DNA of 64,000 nt from Candidatus Levyibacteriota bacterium (GCA_029260965.1 JAJDCG010000001.1:20803-84802); one strand, 5' to 3'. Positions 28,048 to 38,551 are shown, counted from the first letter of the stretch. The notes: generated from the letters alone by a model not told the origin. Made by a program: numbers and translations.

Positions 28048-28185
28048 CTAATTGAAGGTCTCCTGTCCAGGAGGAGGTCTCTTTGGTGATTTTGGTTTTC
28101 TTCTTGGAGATTTATCATATGCTTTTTTGGCTCTTTCAAAAGCATCCCCCACTGTTGTCCCCGGTGGTCTATTATTTTCTGACAT
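28048..28185 (-). CDS. Small basic Pro-rich protein (45 aa)
   Basis: ATG 1 nt after upstream stop; MSENNRPPGTTVGDAFERAKKAY... Confidence 0.5.
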   Translation of the reverse strand: MSENNRPPGTTVGDAFERAKKAYDKSPRRKPKSPKRPPPGQETFN

Positions 28186-28186
28186 A

Positions 28187-29179
28187 TTAATTACTAAAAA
28201 CCTGCGTGTACATAGTTCCATAAATCCCCCCATCGATTGCACCGATACCTACTTTTCCATAATCAGGGCTGAGAATGTTCCTACGGTGGCCTGGACTGTT
28301 CATCAATCCCTGCATCGCCAATTCAGTACTAGGCGCAAGCGCCAAATTTTCCCCTGCTGAAAGATACTTAATCCCTGCACGCTCTATACGATCAAATGGA
28401 GACAATTTTTCTGGCGTATAGTGGGAAAAATAACCTCTCTCAAACATATCACGAGAATGAGCACGTCCCACATCGCGCAAAGAGTTATCAAAAACCAATA
28501 GTTCAAGTCCTGCCTCAACTCGTTCATCGTTTACCATCTCAAACATCTGTTGCTCTGCCTCTTTACTCACAGTTCCTTTATCAGTCTTGAAATGAAGATT
28601 AACTGCCTCGTCTGATTCAGGCCTGACTGTAATAAAATTAAGCGACTCATTTAATGCTCCACCAAAAATATCATTAAGCTTTGACTCAAATAAATGTGTG
28701 TTTGCAATCATTCTTGAACCCACCTGTGAACCAGTAACCAAGTTCTTAATCAACGGCGAGGAGGGAAGAGACACTATCACGCTCAAAATAAAAGCAAGGA
28801 TAATAAACGCAGATAAAGCACCAGGAAATATGCCTAAAAAATGATCAATTTTTTTAAAAAACTGATAGATTCTGTTTTCTGATGAAATATTTGGCATGTA
28901 TCTAGCAGCTCTACGAAAAAGCAGACTCAGTATTAACTCCGACAGAAACGCAATCAGGAAAAACCCACCAGCGTTAGCAAAACCAATCGGTACATCAAAA
29001 ACACCGACAAGCACCTGCCCGACCGCACTATACAGTTTCAACGCCAAAATAAATGATATAATAAAAGTTGAAAGATCGATAAAAGCAAGCGTAAAGCCAA
29101 GCATATAACCCTCGTGTAAATAGAAAATAATTACAGCAAAGATAATGACATCAAGTAAATTAAAACCCAAAAAATCCAT
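28187..29179 (-). CDS. CvpA-like membrane domain fused to a CAP (SCP) domain
   Basis: 4-TM N-domain; HSRDM..YFSH, GENLA, LMNSPGHRRNIL. Confidence 0.88.
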   Translation of the reverse strand: MDFLGFNLLDVIIFAVIIFYLHEGYMLGFTLAFIDLSTFIISFILALKLYSAVGQVLVGVFDVPIGFANAGGFFLIAFLSELILSLLFRRAARYMPNISSENRIYQFFKKIDHFLGIFPGALSAFIILAFILSVIVSLPSSPLIKNLVTGSQVGSRMIANTHLFESKLNDIFGGALNESLNFITVRPESDEAVNLHFKTDKGTVSKEAEQQMFEMVNDERVEAGLELLVFDNSLRDVGRAHSRDMFERGYFSHYTPEKLSPFDRIERAGIKYLSAGENLALAPSTELAMQGLMNSPGHRRNILSPDYGKVGIGAIDGGIYGTMYTQVFSN

Positions 29180-29230
29180 AAATTCATTATAGTATAAAAC
29201 ATCTCTTTTATGCTAAAATTAAAAAATCCT

Positions 29231-31435
29231 ATGACCAATAAACGCTACCAAAAAATTTTCAAAAGAGCCAAGCACTTCTCCCTGAAAAGAAAAAGGGTTT
29301 TTATGTTTCTTGCCCCTTTCTTTCTAGTCTCAATCCTTTTTGGAATTCTTTACTTTACGCTACTCAAAGACCTACCATCACCCACAAAACTAAACACAAC
29401 TACAGCCTCATATTCCACTCATATTTATGATCGCAAGGGGCGCCTCCTCTATACTATCTATTCAGACCGCAACCAAACATTTGTATCTCTTGATAAAATA
29501 CCCAAATCAGTTCAAGAGGCGACAATCGCTCTGGAAGATAAAGATTTTTATCTACATGGTGCCATTGACTTGCGTGGTATTGCTAGATCGCTTTATTCAA
29601 TACTTGTTCACAAAGAACTCCAGGGTGGATCAACCCTTACCCAGCAACTAGTAAAAAACAGCCTACTCACACCCGAACGGACAATTGAAAGAAAAATCAA
29701 AGAAGTAATTTTGGCTTTTGCTACTGAAGCACTTTACAACAAAGATGAAATCCTTGAAATGTATCTAAATCAAGTACCATATGGTGGAACTGCTTATGGA
29801 GTGGAAGCAGCAGCAGTTCAGTATTTTGGTAAAAATGCCCGCAATCTGACGCTTGCAGAAGCTGCATTCATAGCAGGACTTCCTGAATCACCCAGTACAC
29901 TATCGCCCTTTGGATCACATCCTGAACTTGGCAAAAAACGTCAAGAGGAAGCACTCAGAAAAATGGTTGAACAAAAATTTATCACAGATTCAGAACGTGA
30001 AAAAGCACTAAATCAGGAATTGAAATTTCAGAAAATCACCAATCCCATAAAAGCACCCCATTTTGTTTTTTATGTCAAGGATATTCTTATCAAAAAGTAC
30101 GGTCAACAGGCTGTTGAACAAGGTGGATTTCGAGTACAAACAAGTTTAGATTTGGACCTACAGGAATTTGTTCAGACTACTGTTGCCTCTGAAATTGCCA
30201 AAGTTGAGCGATTTAATGTTGGAAACGGAGCAGCGCTTGTTACCGATCCTGGAACAGGAGAAGTGCTTGCAATGATTGGTGGTAAAGACTATTTTAGCGA
30301 TCCTCAACCTCCGGGCTGTACACCGGGTTATAATTGCAAATTTGAACCAAATGTAAATCTGTCAATCGCATCCCGACAACCAGGATCATCAATCAAGCCA
30401 ATCAATTACGCGGTCGGACTTCTAAAGGGCTACAGTGCTGCTACAAAATTTATTGATGCTCCTGTTTGCTATCCTATCGCAGGTCAACCTGCTTTTTGCC
30501 CAAAAAACTATGACAACAGATTTCATGGAGTAGTTTCAATGCGCCAAGCGCTTGCTAATTCATACAACATACCTGCTGTACAAATGTTAAAAATGAATAC
30601 CATTGAAAGCATGATCGCAACAGCATCAGCAATGGGCATACACTTTAATGATCCTCGTGGTTATGGACTATCCCTTACCCTAGGTGGTGGACAAGTAAAA
30701 ATGACAGATATGGCAACAGCATTTGGTGTGTTTGCAAATCAGGGATATAGAGTAGATCTACAGCCAATACTTAAAATAACTGATAGGGATGGGAAGGTGG
30801 TTGAAGAGTACAAGCCACCCAAAAGTCCTATTTTTGGTAAGAAGGTGTTACCATCTGAGGTTGCATTCATTATTTCAGACATGCTTGCTGATAACAATGC
30901 TCGCACCCCCGCTTTTGGACCGAATTCTGAACTAAAAATTGACGGCCAAAGAGTCTCTGTCAAAACAGGAACTACAAACGATTACCGCGACAACTGGACA
31001 ATTGGCTACACACCATCATATCTCACAGCTGTCTGGGTAGGTAACAACGACAACGCTGCTATGTCTTCTGGTGTTGTGTCAGGTTTGACAGGTGCATCTC
31101 CCATCTGGAATCGGATAATGACCCATCTTCTGGAGGGTAAAAAATCAGAAATCCCCCAAAAGCCCCCAAACGTAATAGGTAAATATTCCTGTGGCAGTAG
31201 TAGCAGCGCATCAGCAAATCAAAATTCAGGATGCAGCCAGTTTGAGTATTTTATACAAGGAACTGAAACCAAAACCTCTATAAAACAGTCTCTAGAAAAA
31301 GTCTTCATTGATAAAGCAACTAATACTTTAGCCAAACCAGGACAAACTGAAAACGTTGAAGAACGAGAGGAGACAATAGCAACAGATGAGCTGGGTAATA
31401 AATACTGCATCTCATGTGCCCAACCCACACCCTAG
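29231..31435 (+). CDS. Class A penicillin-binding protein (PBP1A family)
   Basis: EDKDFY.H, GGSTLTQQLVKN, SSIK, SYN, KTGT. Confidence 0.96.
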   Translation: MTNKRYQKIFKRAKHFSLKRKRVFMFLAPFFLVSILFGILYFTLLKDLPSPTKLNTTTASYSTHIYDRKGRLLYTIYSDRNQTFVSLDKIPKSVQEATIALEDKDFYLHGAIDLRGIARSLYSILVHKELQGGSTLTQQLVKNSLLTPERTIERKIKEVILAFATEALYNKDEILEMYLNQVPYGGTAYGVEAAAVQYFGKNARNLTLAEAAFIAGLPESPSTLSPFGSHPELGKKRQEEALRKMVEQKFITDSEREKALNQELKFQKITNPIKAPHFVFYVKDILIKKYGQQAVEQGGFRVQTSLDLDLQEFVQTTVASEIAKVERFNVGNGAALVTDPGTGEVLAMIGGKDYFSDPQPPGCTPGYNCKFEPNVNLSIASRQPGSSIKPINYAVGLLKGYSAATKFIDAPVCYPIAGQPAFCPKNYDNRFHGVVSMRQALANSYNIPAVQMLKMNTIESMIATASAMGIHFNDPRGYGLSLTLGGGQVKMTDMATAFGVFANQGYRVDLQPILKITDRDGKVVEEYKPPKSPIFGKKVLPSEVAFIISDMLADNNARTPAFGPNSELKIDGQRVSVKTGTTNDYRDNWTIGYTPSYLTAVWVGNNDNAAMSSGVVSGLTGASPIWNRIMTHLLEGKKSEIPQKPPNVIGKYSCGSSSSASANQNSGCSQFEYFIQGTETKTSIKQSLEKVFIDKATNTLAKPGQTENVEEREETIATDELGNKYCISCAQPTP

Positions 31436-31460
31436 ATCTTAAAAAACCAAAACTAACACT

Positions 31461-31631
31461 ATGGAATATACTAAATATGCTAAACGCTCAGGTAAAAAGA
31501 CTGCAATTCTGATTGGCGCGCTTATCGCGCTTATTCTCTTCTTTGCCATACTTTCAGTAATACTCACTGTGAGAAAAAATTCGGTGTTGGTAAAAAATAC
31601 GTCAATTGAAAAATCTACACCCCTGCACTGA
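31461..31631 (+). CDS. Unannotated 56-aa single-TM protein
   Basis: MEYTKYAKRSGKKT-AILIGALIALILFFAILSVILTV-RKN...; basic N-terminus then clean TM. Confidence 0.65.
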   Translation: MEYTKYAKRSGKKTAILIGALIALILFFAILSVILTVRKNSVLVKNTSIEKSTPLH

Positions 31632-32241
31632 GAAGCTCCCATTGCTTTTTGATATCTTCTCCAACAAAAAGCGCGCTGTTGGCGCAGAATCTGGTAGCAC
31701 CTGCGTCCTTTGCAAGAAGTAAAGTTTTGTCATTTATCCCACCATCCACTTCAATTGGAATATCTGTTTTAGATCTCAGCTGCTTTATCTTTTCCAAAAG
31801 CTCAGGCTCAAACTTCTGCCCCGCAAAACCTGCGCTTATCATCATTACGGTTATACTATCTAGATCATCAAGTGGCACTTTTATATCATCTAGTCCTGAA
31901 TCTTTATCAAGGGCAAGCCCTACCTCACCAAACATCTGACCACGCGCTACGAACTCTACCTGATCTGACATCTTTTCAATGTGCCCGACGAAACGACGGA
32001 AACCAGCATCAGCAAAAGGCTTGAGATAATTAACTGGCTCATCCACCATCATATGTGCTTCAAGTAAAAATGTGTCTTTATATTTTGTAAATGGAACTGG
32101 ATCCAAAAAAGTAGTATTTGGTGCAAATCTACCATCTAGTAAATCAACATGAATGGTGCGAGCATATCCTTTTACTTTTTCAAGCTTTTGTTCAATTTCT
32201 GAAAAATCTGTCTCCAAAATTGCGGGAATTATTTCAAACAT
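31615..32241 (-). CDS. rpe: Ribulose-phosphate 3-epimerase
   Basis: HVDLLDG.FAPN, AHMMV, GFAGQKF, EVDGGI. Confidence 0.95.
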   Translation of the reverse strand: MFEIIPAILETDFSEIEQKLEKVKGYARTIHVDLLDGRFAPNTTFLDPVPFTKYKDTFLLEAHMMVDEPVNYLKPFADAGFRRFVGHIEKMSDQVEFVARGQMFGEVGLALDKDSGLDDIKVPLDDLDSITVMMISAGFAGQKFEPELLEKIKQLRSKTDIPIEVDGGINDKTLLLAKDAGATRFCANSALFVGEDIKKQWELLSAGV

Positions 32242-32258
32242 AAAATAAAATGGCTAAA

Positions 32259-32768
32259 TTAGCTATCTAGCTTATTTTCTATTATTCTTATCTTATCCAC
32301 TCTTCTTGTATGTCTCTCAATCATCGCAATCTCTGCGTTTACGAAAATTTCAACAGCTTTAAAAATATCATCTTCTGTTAAGAACCGTACCCCAAGAGAA
32401 ACCATATTTGCATGATTATGCTCACGAGTCAAACGAAGCATCTCAAATGGATCTGTACTTTTTTTTCCTGTTATATCAATAGCTTGAACAGGAACTGCAG
32501 GTGTATAAAAAAGGGCACATCTGACATTCTTAAATTTATTAGCAACCATCGCCTCACCTTGTCCAGATCCACCAAAAATAATTCCAATACTTTCTGGGTT
32601 TTGAGAAACACCTTCTGCAGCTTTTCCTATAAAATCGGGGTAATCATCATCCAAGTTAAGCTCATAAGCCCCACAATCCTCAACCTCATGCCCTTTATCT
32701 TCAAGAAAATCTTTTACTTTATTTTTGATGTCTAATCCAGTATGATCGGTAGCAATAAAAACCTTCAT
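32259..32768 (-). CDS. rpiB: Ribose-5-phosphate isomerase B family
   Basis: ATDHTG, DDYPD, GGSGQGE..ANK, REHN.AN, RH..RV. Confidence 0.93.
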   Translation of the reverse strand: MKVFIATDHTGLDIKNKVKDFLEDKGHEVEDCGAYELNLDDDYPDFIGKAAEGVSQNPESIGIIFGGSGQGEAMVANKFKNVRCALFYTPAVPVQAIDITGKKSTDPFEMLRLTREHNHANMVSLGVRFLTEDDIFKAVEIFVNAEIAMIERHTRRVDKIRIIENKLDS

Positions 32769-32817
32769 TGAGATTTATAATATCAGATTTATGGAGAATT
32801 GACGAGAGCTTAGGGAG

Positions 32818-32853
32818 ATTCAAAGATCCAAGAACAAAAATCCAAGATCCAAA
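32818..32853. repeat. Degenerate intergenic ATCCAAG heptamer tract
   Basis: attcaaagatccaagaacaaaaatccaagatccaaa. Confidence 0.7.
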
Positions 32854-32854
32854 C

Positions 32855-33382
32855 TTACTGTCCTACTATTACTTCAGCTCCAGTTGTGAGGCTAGCTGAA
32901 ACGCTTCCAGTTACTGTTCCTGATACTTTTTCTTTCAGGTCAGCAAGCAATAGCTCGAGATAATCTTTGCTTTCCTCACTTACGTTTACTGTAATTCCTT
33001 CGTAATCAAAATTATCCGCATTTCCTGTAGTACCTAGTGTGTATCCGAGATCTTCAATTATGTCTGCCATATCTCCTGCAGCTCCCGCTGTTCCAGATCC
33101 ATTGAGTACATCTACTGTTAGCTCTGAACGGTCAAGATCGGGCGCTTCAGTTGGCGTAGCCGTTGGATCTACCACTGGAGCACTGGTTGGTGCTTGTTCA
33201 TTGAGGGGGATTAGTGATACTTCTCCATTTTCACGGCTCTGCCCGAGGAAATAAAGACCAGCAACAATTGCAATAATAACCAGAATTGTCGTAATAATTA
33301 CAACAGGAGCTTTTGATTTTTTGCCTGTGTTCTCAACTTCTGCGTAGTTTGAGTAATCTTGAAATGGACCTTCTTCACTCAT
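32855..33382 (-). CDS. Membrane-anchored LytR C-terminal domain protein
   Basis: TM, Pro/Thr linker, VDVLNGSGTAGAA, GNAD, VIVG. Confidence 0.88.
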   Translation of the reverse strand: MSEEGPFQDYSNYAEVENTGKKSKAPVVIITTILVIIAIVAGLYFLGQSRENGEVSLIPLNEQAPTSAPVVDPTATPTEAPDLDRSELTVDVLNGSGTAGAAGDMADIIEDLGYTLGTTGNADNFDYEGITVNVSEESKDYLELLLADLKEKVSGTVTGSVSASLTTGAEVIVGQ

Positions 33383-33459
33383 CTTAGTGGTACTATATCA
33401 TATTTTTACAAAATTGCAACTCCTATTTGAAAATTGAAGCAAAGTGGTATAATAGCATT

Positions 33460-35157
33460 ATGCCCAAGAAGCTTCTAATTTTTATCTTTTCTTCTTTTCT
33501 TGTTCTTACAAGTTTTCTTGTGATATCGCCTGTGTTAACAAGAGCTGATGAGCTTGATGATATCAACCGCCAGCTTGCCAAGCTGCAGGAAGATCTCAAG
33601 AAGTCAATTGCAGCAACCGAGCCAGTAGAGACAGAGCTGAAGTCCATGCAAGCACAAATTAAATCTATCCAGGGACGAGTCGTGCAGATTGAACAAAATC
33701 TAATAGTTAAGAAAAAGGAAATTGACGATGGTTATAAAAAACTTGCCGAAAAAGATAAAATCCTCACTGAAACAATCAGAAATTATTATGTTAAATCATA
33801 CTATGATACACCGCTTCTGATTCTCTTCTCACTAACTGATGCATCGGACATTACCCAGGCGCTTTTCTATCAACAAGCAAAAACCAAACAGGACAAAGCT
33901 ATAATCACAGGTATCGCTCTTTCTGTTGTGGATCTGGAAAAGAAAAAAGCAAATCTAGAGCATGAACAAAAAACACTCATCTCAGTAAAGGCTAGCCTGG
34001 ATGAACAGAGTAAAAAACTCGATGAGGTAGTCAAAGGCGCCAAGAATTTCCAGTCCGAACTCTCTGGTAAAATAGCTGAACTATCCGTACAACAACAATC
34101 AATTATTAACGCAAGGTCTGGTAATTCAACATTTACAGTTGGTGGTGGTGAACTAGCAGATGAATATTTGTCATCAGGCAAGGGATTTAGAGAATCAGCA
34201 CCAGGTGGACATTTTGCAGTATTTTCATTTGGTGGATATACACATCGAAAAGGTATGAGCCAATACGGAGCAAGAGGACGAGCACAATCTGGACAAAATT
34301 TCAAACAAATCCTCAATGCTTATTATGGAAAAGAGCCAACTGGCAAAAATACTGATGGAGATATTAATGTCTCAGGCCATGGCTCAATGAATTTTGAAGA
34401 CAGATATCTGATGGGAATTGCAGAGATGCCATCAAGCTGGCCAGCAGAAGCATTGAAAGCCCAAGCAGTAGCAGCCAGAACATATGCTATCCGATTCAAA
34501 GACGAAGGCAAAGAAATCTGTACTACTGAATCTTGTCAGGTTTTCAATTCAGGTAAAGCTGATAATCCCCCTGCAGCATGGCGCGATGCAGTTCAGTCAA
34601 CAAGAGGACAAGTTCTTGATGGAGTAGTAACCTACTATGCATCAACTCATGGAGGCTTTGCATCCCCTATTGGTTGGGACACTACCGATGGAGCAGGAGG
34701 TTCAAATTTTATAGATAAAGCCTGGGATAATGCTGGAGGTTCTCCATGGCTATATAAAGCATGGTGGAGACAGGGTTACAGCAACAGTGGATCAACTTGT
34801 GGCAGATCAAATCCATGGCTTTCTCCCCAAGAAATGGCAGATATTGTCAATGCAGCAATAGCACTAAGAGATTCAGGGGGGATTGACACAGGACGAATAA
34901 CCCCCGTTACAACATCTTGTTGGGGAGGCAATCCCTACAGCATGGACGAGCTGCGCAATCTTACCTCTGGGAAAGGAGGAATATCTTCAGCAACAAGCGT
35001 TTCAGTATCGCAAGGAAATGGCACCACTGCAAGTGTTATAATCAATGGTGTGTCGCTTAGTGGCGATGATTTCAAGAGAGCATTTAATTTGAGAGCACCA
35101 GGATACCTCTCTGTTCCACAATCTGGCTTTGCATTTTTCAATATAGAGCATAAATAA
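33460..35157 (+). CDS. Coiled-coil plus SpoIID/LytB domain peptidoglycan hydrolase
   Basis: Signal peptide, long coiled coil, GMSQYGA, EMPSSWPAEALKAQAVAARTYA. Confidence 0.9.
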   Translation: MPKKLLIFIFSSFLVLTSFLVISPVLTRADELDDINRQLAKLQEDLKKSIAATEPVETELKSMQAQIKSIQGRVVQIEQNLIVKKKEIDDGYKKLAEKDKILTETIRNYYVKSYYDTPLLILFSLTDASDITQALFYQQAKTKQDKAIITGIALSVVDLEKKKANLEHEQKTLISVKASLDEQSKKLDEVVKGAKNFQSELSGKIAELSVQQQSIINARSGNSTFTVGGGELADEYLSSGKGFRESAPGGHFAVFSFGGYTHRKGMSQYGARGRAQSGQNFKQILNAYYGKEPTGKNTDGDINVSGHGSMNFEDRYLMGIAEMPSSWPAEALKAQAVAARTYAIRFKDEGKEICTTESCQVFNSGKADNPPAAWRDAVQSTRGQVLDGVVTYYASTHGGFASPIGWDTTDGAGGSNFIDKAWDNAGGSPWLYKAWWRQGYSNSGSTCGRSNPWLSPQEMADIVNAAIALRDSGGIDTGRITPVTTSCWGGNPYSMDELRNLTSGKGGISSATSVSVSQGNGTTASVIINGVSLSGDDFKRAFNLRAPGYLSVPQSGFAFFNIEHK

Positions 35158-35160
35158 ACC

Positions 35161-35844
35161 ATGAGAACTATTTTTGAACTAAAAAAGAAAAAATCTACCA
35201 ATTCCAATCCTGATCAAAAAGGAATTCAGCCAACAACAGAAACCACAAACCAGCCACAAAACAACACTATTATCAAAACAGGACACATGGGGCTTTTTAC
35301 CGATATCTGCGAATACCCCGATAATATAGATTTTGTAAATCAGGAAAAGGATGAAAAAATAGTGCTCTTTCTCAGACAGCATTTTGCAACCAATTTTCCC
35401 TGGATTGCTTCTTCCACAATCGCACTCTTTATCCCCCCTGTTTTAGGATTTCTGATAAACACTCTAGAAATAGAATTGTTCACAGTTCCATCTGGGCTCT
35501 TGGTAGCACTTATTGTGTTTTATTACCTTGTCATTTTCGGATACGTATATACCTCCTTTCTCTCCTGGTTTTTCAACATCGGTATTGTAACCAAAAAAAG
35601 AATTGTTGACATTGACTACTCAAGCATCCTCCATAAAAACATCGCTTCAGTTCATCTCTCAGAAGTTGTTGACACGGATTTTACTCAACAGGGCTTTTTC
35701 TCTGGATTCTACAATTATGGAAATGTATTTATACAAACAGAAAGTGTCAAACCAAATTTTGAATTCACCGCAAGTCCCAGACCAGTACATGTAACAACAA
35801 TTATTCAAGATCTAATTGCAAAGAAGCGAAGAACTAATCAATAA
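35161..35844 (+). CDS. Membrane protein with a bacterial PH domain
   Basis: 2 TM then IVTKKRIVDID...YNYGNVFIQT. Confidence 0.8.
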   Translation: MRTIFELKKKKSTNSNPDQKGIQPTTETTNQPQNNTIIKTGHMGLFTDICEYPDNIDFVNQEKDEKIVLFLRQHFATNFPWIASSTIALFIPPVLGFLINTLEIELFTVPSGLLVALIVFYYLVIFGYVYTSFLSWFFNIGIVTKKRIVDIDYSSILHKNIASVHLSEVVDTDFTQQGFFSGFYNYGNVFIQTESVKPNFEFTASPRPVHVTTIIQDLIAKKRRTNQ

Positions 35845-35849
35845 CCAAT

Positions 35850-36089
35850 ATGTTTGAATTTGACCAACTACTTACACCCAGTGTGATCAACCTTACACTC
35901 AAAATTCCATTAGCAGTGCTTACCTTTCTCTTTTTTATCTTCACGCTAATTGTCGTCTCAAGAGTACGCACGCTTAACCGCTCATTACAGATTTACCATT
36001 CAGGAGCCTCATCAACTCTCATGACTATTGCAATTGCCTATTCAATCGTCGTATTCTTTCTTTTTCTATTTGTCCTTGTTATAGTATAA
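35850..36089 (+). CDS. Small 2-TM membrane protein
   Basis: Two hydrophobic helices, operonic spacing. Confidence 0.75.
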   Translation: MFEFDQLLTPSVINLTLKIPLAVLTFLFFIFTLIVVSRVRTLNRSLQIYHSGASSTLMTIAIAYSIVVFFLFLFVLVIV

Positions 36090-36092
36090 CTA

Positions 36093-37949
36093 ATGCCTAG
36101 TCTTTCATTTGCCAAGCTGGTTGCAACACCAACTGATCCTTCTTGGTCGCAGGCTTACAACGCCGGTAATCTATTTGTTTGTCTATCAGTCTCCAAAAAA
36201 GAAGACAGCAGTGAATCTCTCCATGAAATCGGCAAAGACATCCTAGACAATCTAGAGGCAGAATTCTTCACTCTGGAGGAAAAAAATCTTGATAACATCA
36301 AGCAAGCAATAGCAACCAGCATCAAAGAACGCTCTCCTGAAATAAGCATCAATCTAACACTCGCCTACTTCAAAGACAATCTTTTATATATTTTCATTGC
36401 AGGATCTGGAAAAGCTATTATGAAGCGCGGAATGCGAATCGGCACACTACTTGAAAAAGAGGATGATAATCACAAAAAAATAGACTCAGCATCAGGCTTT
36501 CTCGAGGACGGCGATATTATAGTCCTCCAAACACACCAATTTAGTAAAAACGTACCCCACGAACGAATAAAAGAAGCGCTGTCTATAGATCTACCAAGTG
36601 ACATAGCAGAAATTCTTTCACCCCACATGCACGAACAAGAAGATGGAGGACAAGCTGCGATAATTGTTGCTTATAAAGGAGGAAGCAAAAAAGAAGAACT
36701 ACTTGCATCTCTGGAAAGTGAAAATCAGGACACTGAATCAGAATTAAGTGTTGGTGAATCTCTAGAAAACGAGGACATTGCAAGCTTGCCACACAAAACT
36801 CAAGAATTAGAAAAAGAAAACTCTGCTGGGAGCGATGAACCAGTTGAGATAAACACTGAAAAACCGATTACAGCAGTGGACCCACTTATCAGTAGCGCGA
36901 AGAGAGAATCATTTCTTTCACGATTCATACCTCAATTTCTCAAAAAACAAGAAGGAGAATCCCACATTAACCACAGAAAAAAAGTAATTCTCAGCATTTT
37001 GATTATCCTGACCGTCCTACTTACGGTAAGTATTTTTATGAGCAAAAACCGAGAAGAACAGCAAAAGATCGAAGCTACATTTAACGAGATTTATGAGCCT
37101 GCTCTTAAAAATTATGAAGATGGAGTGGAGCTCAAATCCATCAATGAATCTTTTGCCAGAGAAAGCTTTATCAAAGCGCGCGAATTGATCACAAATGGTC
37201 TTAGCAAATTCAAAGACGGGTCAGACGAGAAAGAAAAACTTAACGATCTTTTGAAAAAAATAGAGAGCGAACTTGGCATTGGTGATGCATCAATAAAAAT
37301 TAAGGCAGAATCAATTACTGTTGACGACAATTCATATCTATCTGTTGTAAAAAATGAAACTGGTCTTGCTCATGCAGAAAATGACACTACTATTTATGTC
37401 CTGACAAAGAATTCTATTGTCTCAATAGATAAATCAGATGGTGATAAAGAAACAGTTATTGAAAATGACGAAGACTGGAAAGATGCAGTAGGGCTTTCTG
37501 TTTATCAAGGAAACATTTATATCCTTGACACAGCTGAGGGGATCATCAAATACGTCGCGGGGGCAGATGGATTTGGAAAAAATACTTACTTTTCTGGCAC
37601 AGGACCTAATCTGGGAAAAGCAACAGATATGGCAATTGACGGATCAATCTATATCCTCCTTACTGACAATCTGCTCAAATACACCAGTGGTACTTCTGAC
37701 AACCTCAAACTATCTGGTCTGGTCACACCTCTCAAGGATGCGACAAAAATAGCTACAGACATAAATATGGATAGTGTTTACGTGCTGGATAGAGGCAACA
37801 GCAGAATTGTCAAATTCAGTAAAGATGGCGCTTATGAAAACCAATATGTAGCCGATGTCCTGAAAGACGCAGAAGAATTTGTGATTGTTGATAACGAATC
37901 CAAAGCCCACATCCTCTCTGGTGACAAATATTGGGAAATAAAACTCTAA
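36093..37949 (+). CDS. Single-TM protein: PP2C-like cytoplasmic domain plus extracellular beta-propeller
   Basis: SGFLEDGDIIVL.T PPM-like segment; TM near aa 300; repeats NIYILD, DGSIYIL, VYVLDRGNSRIVKF. Confidence 0.65.
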   Translation: MPSLSFAKLVATPTDPSWSQAYNAGNLFVCLSVSKKEDSSESLHEIGKDILDNLEAEFFTLEEKNLDNIKQAIATSIKERSPEISINLTLAYFKDNLLYIFIAGSGKAIMKRGMRIGTLLEKEDDNHKKIDSASGFLEDGDIIVLQTHQFSKNVPHERIKEALSIDLPSDIAEILSPHMHEQEDGGQAAIIVAYKGGSKKEELLASLESENQDTESELSVGESLENEDIASLPHKTQELEKENSAGSDEPVEINTEKPITAVDPLISSAKRESFLSRFIPQFLKKQEGESHINHRKKVILSILIILTVLLTVSIFMSKNREEQQKIEATFNEIYEPALKNYEDGVELKSINESFARESFIKARELITNGLSKFKDGSDEKEKLNDLLKKIESELGIGDASIKIKAESITVDDNSYLSVVKNETGLAHAENDTTIYVLTKNSIVSIDKSDGDKETVIENDEDWKDAVGLSVYQGNIYILDTAEGIIKYVAGADGFGKNTYFSGTGPNLGKATDMAIDGSIYILLTDNLLKYTSGTSDNLKLSGLVTPLKDATKIATDINMDSVYVLDRGNSRIVKFSKDGAYENQYVADVLKDAEEFVIVDNESKAHILSGDKYWEIKL

Positions 37950-38001
37950 AAAATCCCCATAACTCTTCTTTCTCCAAATATTAAAACTCACAAACTCACT
38001 C

Positions 38002-38031
38002 AAAGTATACGACTATGTAGTAGTGTACTTT
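38002..38031. repeat. 30-bp imperfect palindrome; right arm repeated at 39150-39171
   Basis: AAAGTATACGACTA-TG-TAGTAGTGTACTTT (12/14 arm match). Confidence 0.6.
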
Positions 38032-38117
38032 ATGTATAAATGCTCTGGCTAAATTTACAAAACAATCCCTATCTCAAGTTATTTTACATTTAGCTTGCAT
38101 TGAAGTATTATCAAAGC

Positions 38118-38546
38118 ATGAAGATTGTTAATAAAAAGGCTTATTTTGATTTTGAAGTTAGGGAAAAATTTGAGGCTGGAATTAATTTGACCGGTGCCGA
38201 GGTAAAGGCAATACGGCTTGGCCATGCGGATCTATCAGGTGCATTCGTCAAAATCCGTGGAAATGAAGCATACTTAATTGGAGCCAAAATTTTTCCTTAC
38301 CAATACGCAAGGCCTGATAATTATGATCCGACGAGGACAAGAAAGCTCCTTCTTCATAAAAAAGAGCTGATTGCGCTAAAGTCAAAGATTGAAGGTGGCA
38401 ATTTGACTTTGGTGCCTATCTCATGGTATACTACAAAGCGATTGATCAAACTTGAAGTAGCTTTGGGTAAATCAAAAAAGAAGTTTGACAAGAAAGCTGC
38501 GATCAAGAAAAAAGATCTTGACCGGGAGCTTGAGAGAGAACGCTAA
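38118..38546 (+). CDS. smpB: SsrA-binding protein
   Basis: NKKAYFD, EAGI.L.G.EVKAIR, RKLLLHKKE. Confidence 0.97.
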   Translation: MKIVNKKAYFDFEVREKFEAGINLTGAEVKAIRLGHADLSGAFVKIRGNEAYLIGAKIFPYQYARPDNYDPTRTRKLLLHKKELIALKSKIEGGNLTLVPISWYTTKRLIKLEVALGKSKKKFDKKAAIKKKDLDRELERER

Positions 38547-38551
38547 AAGCT

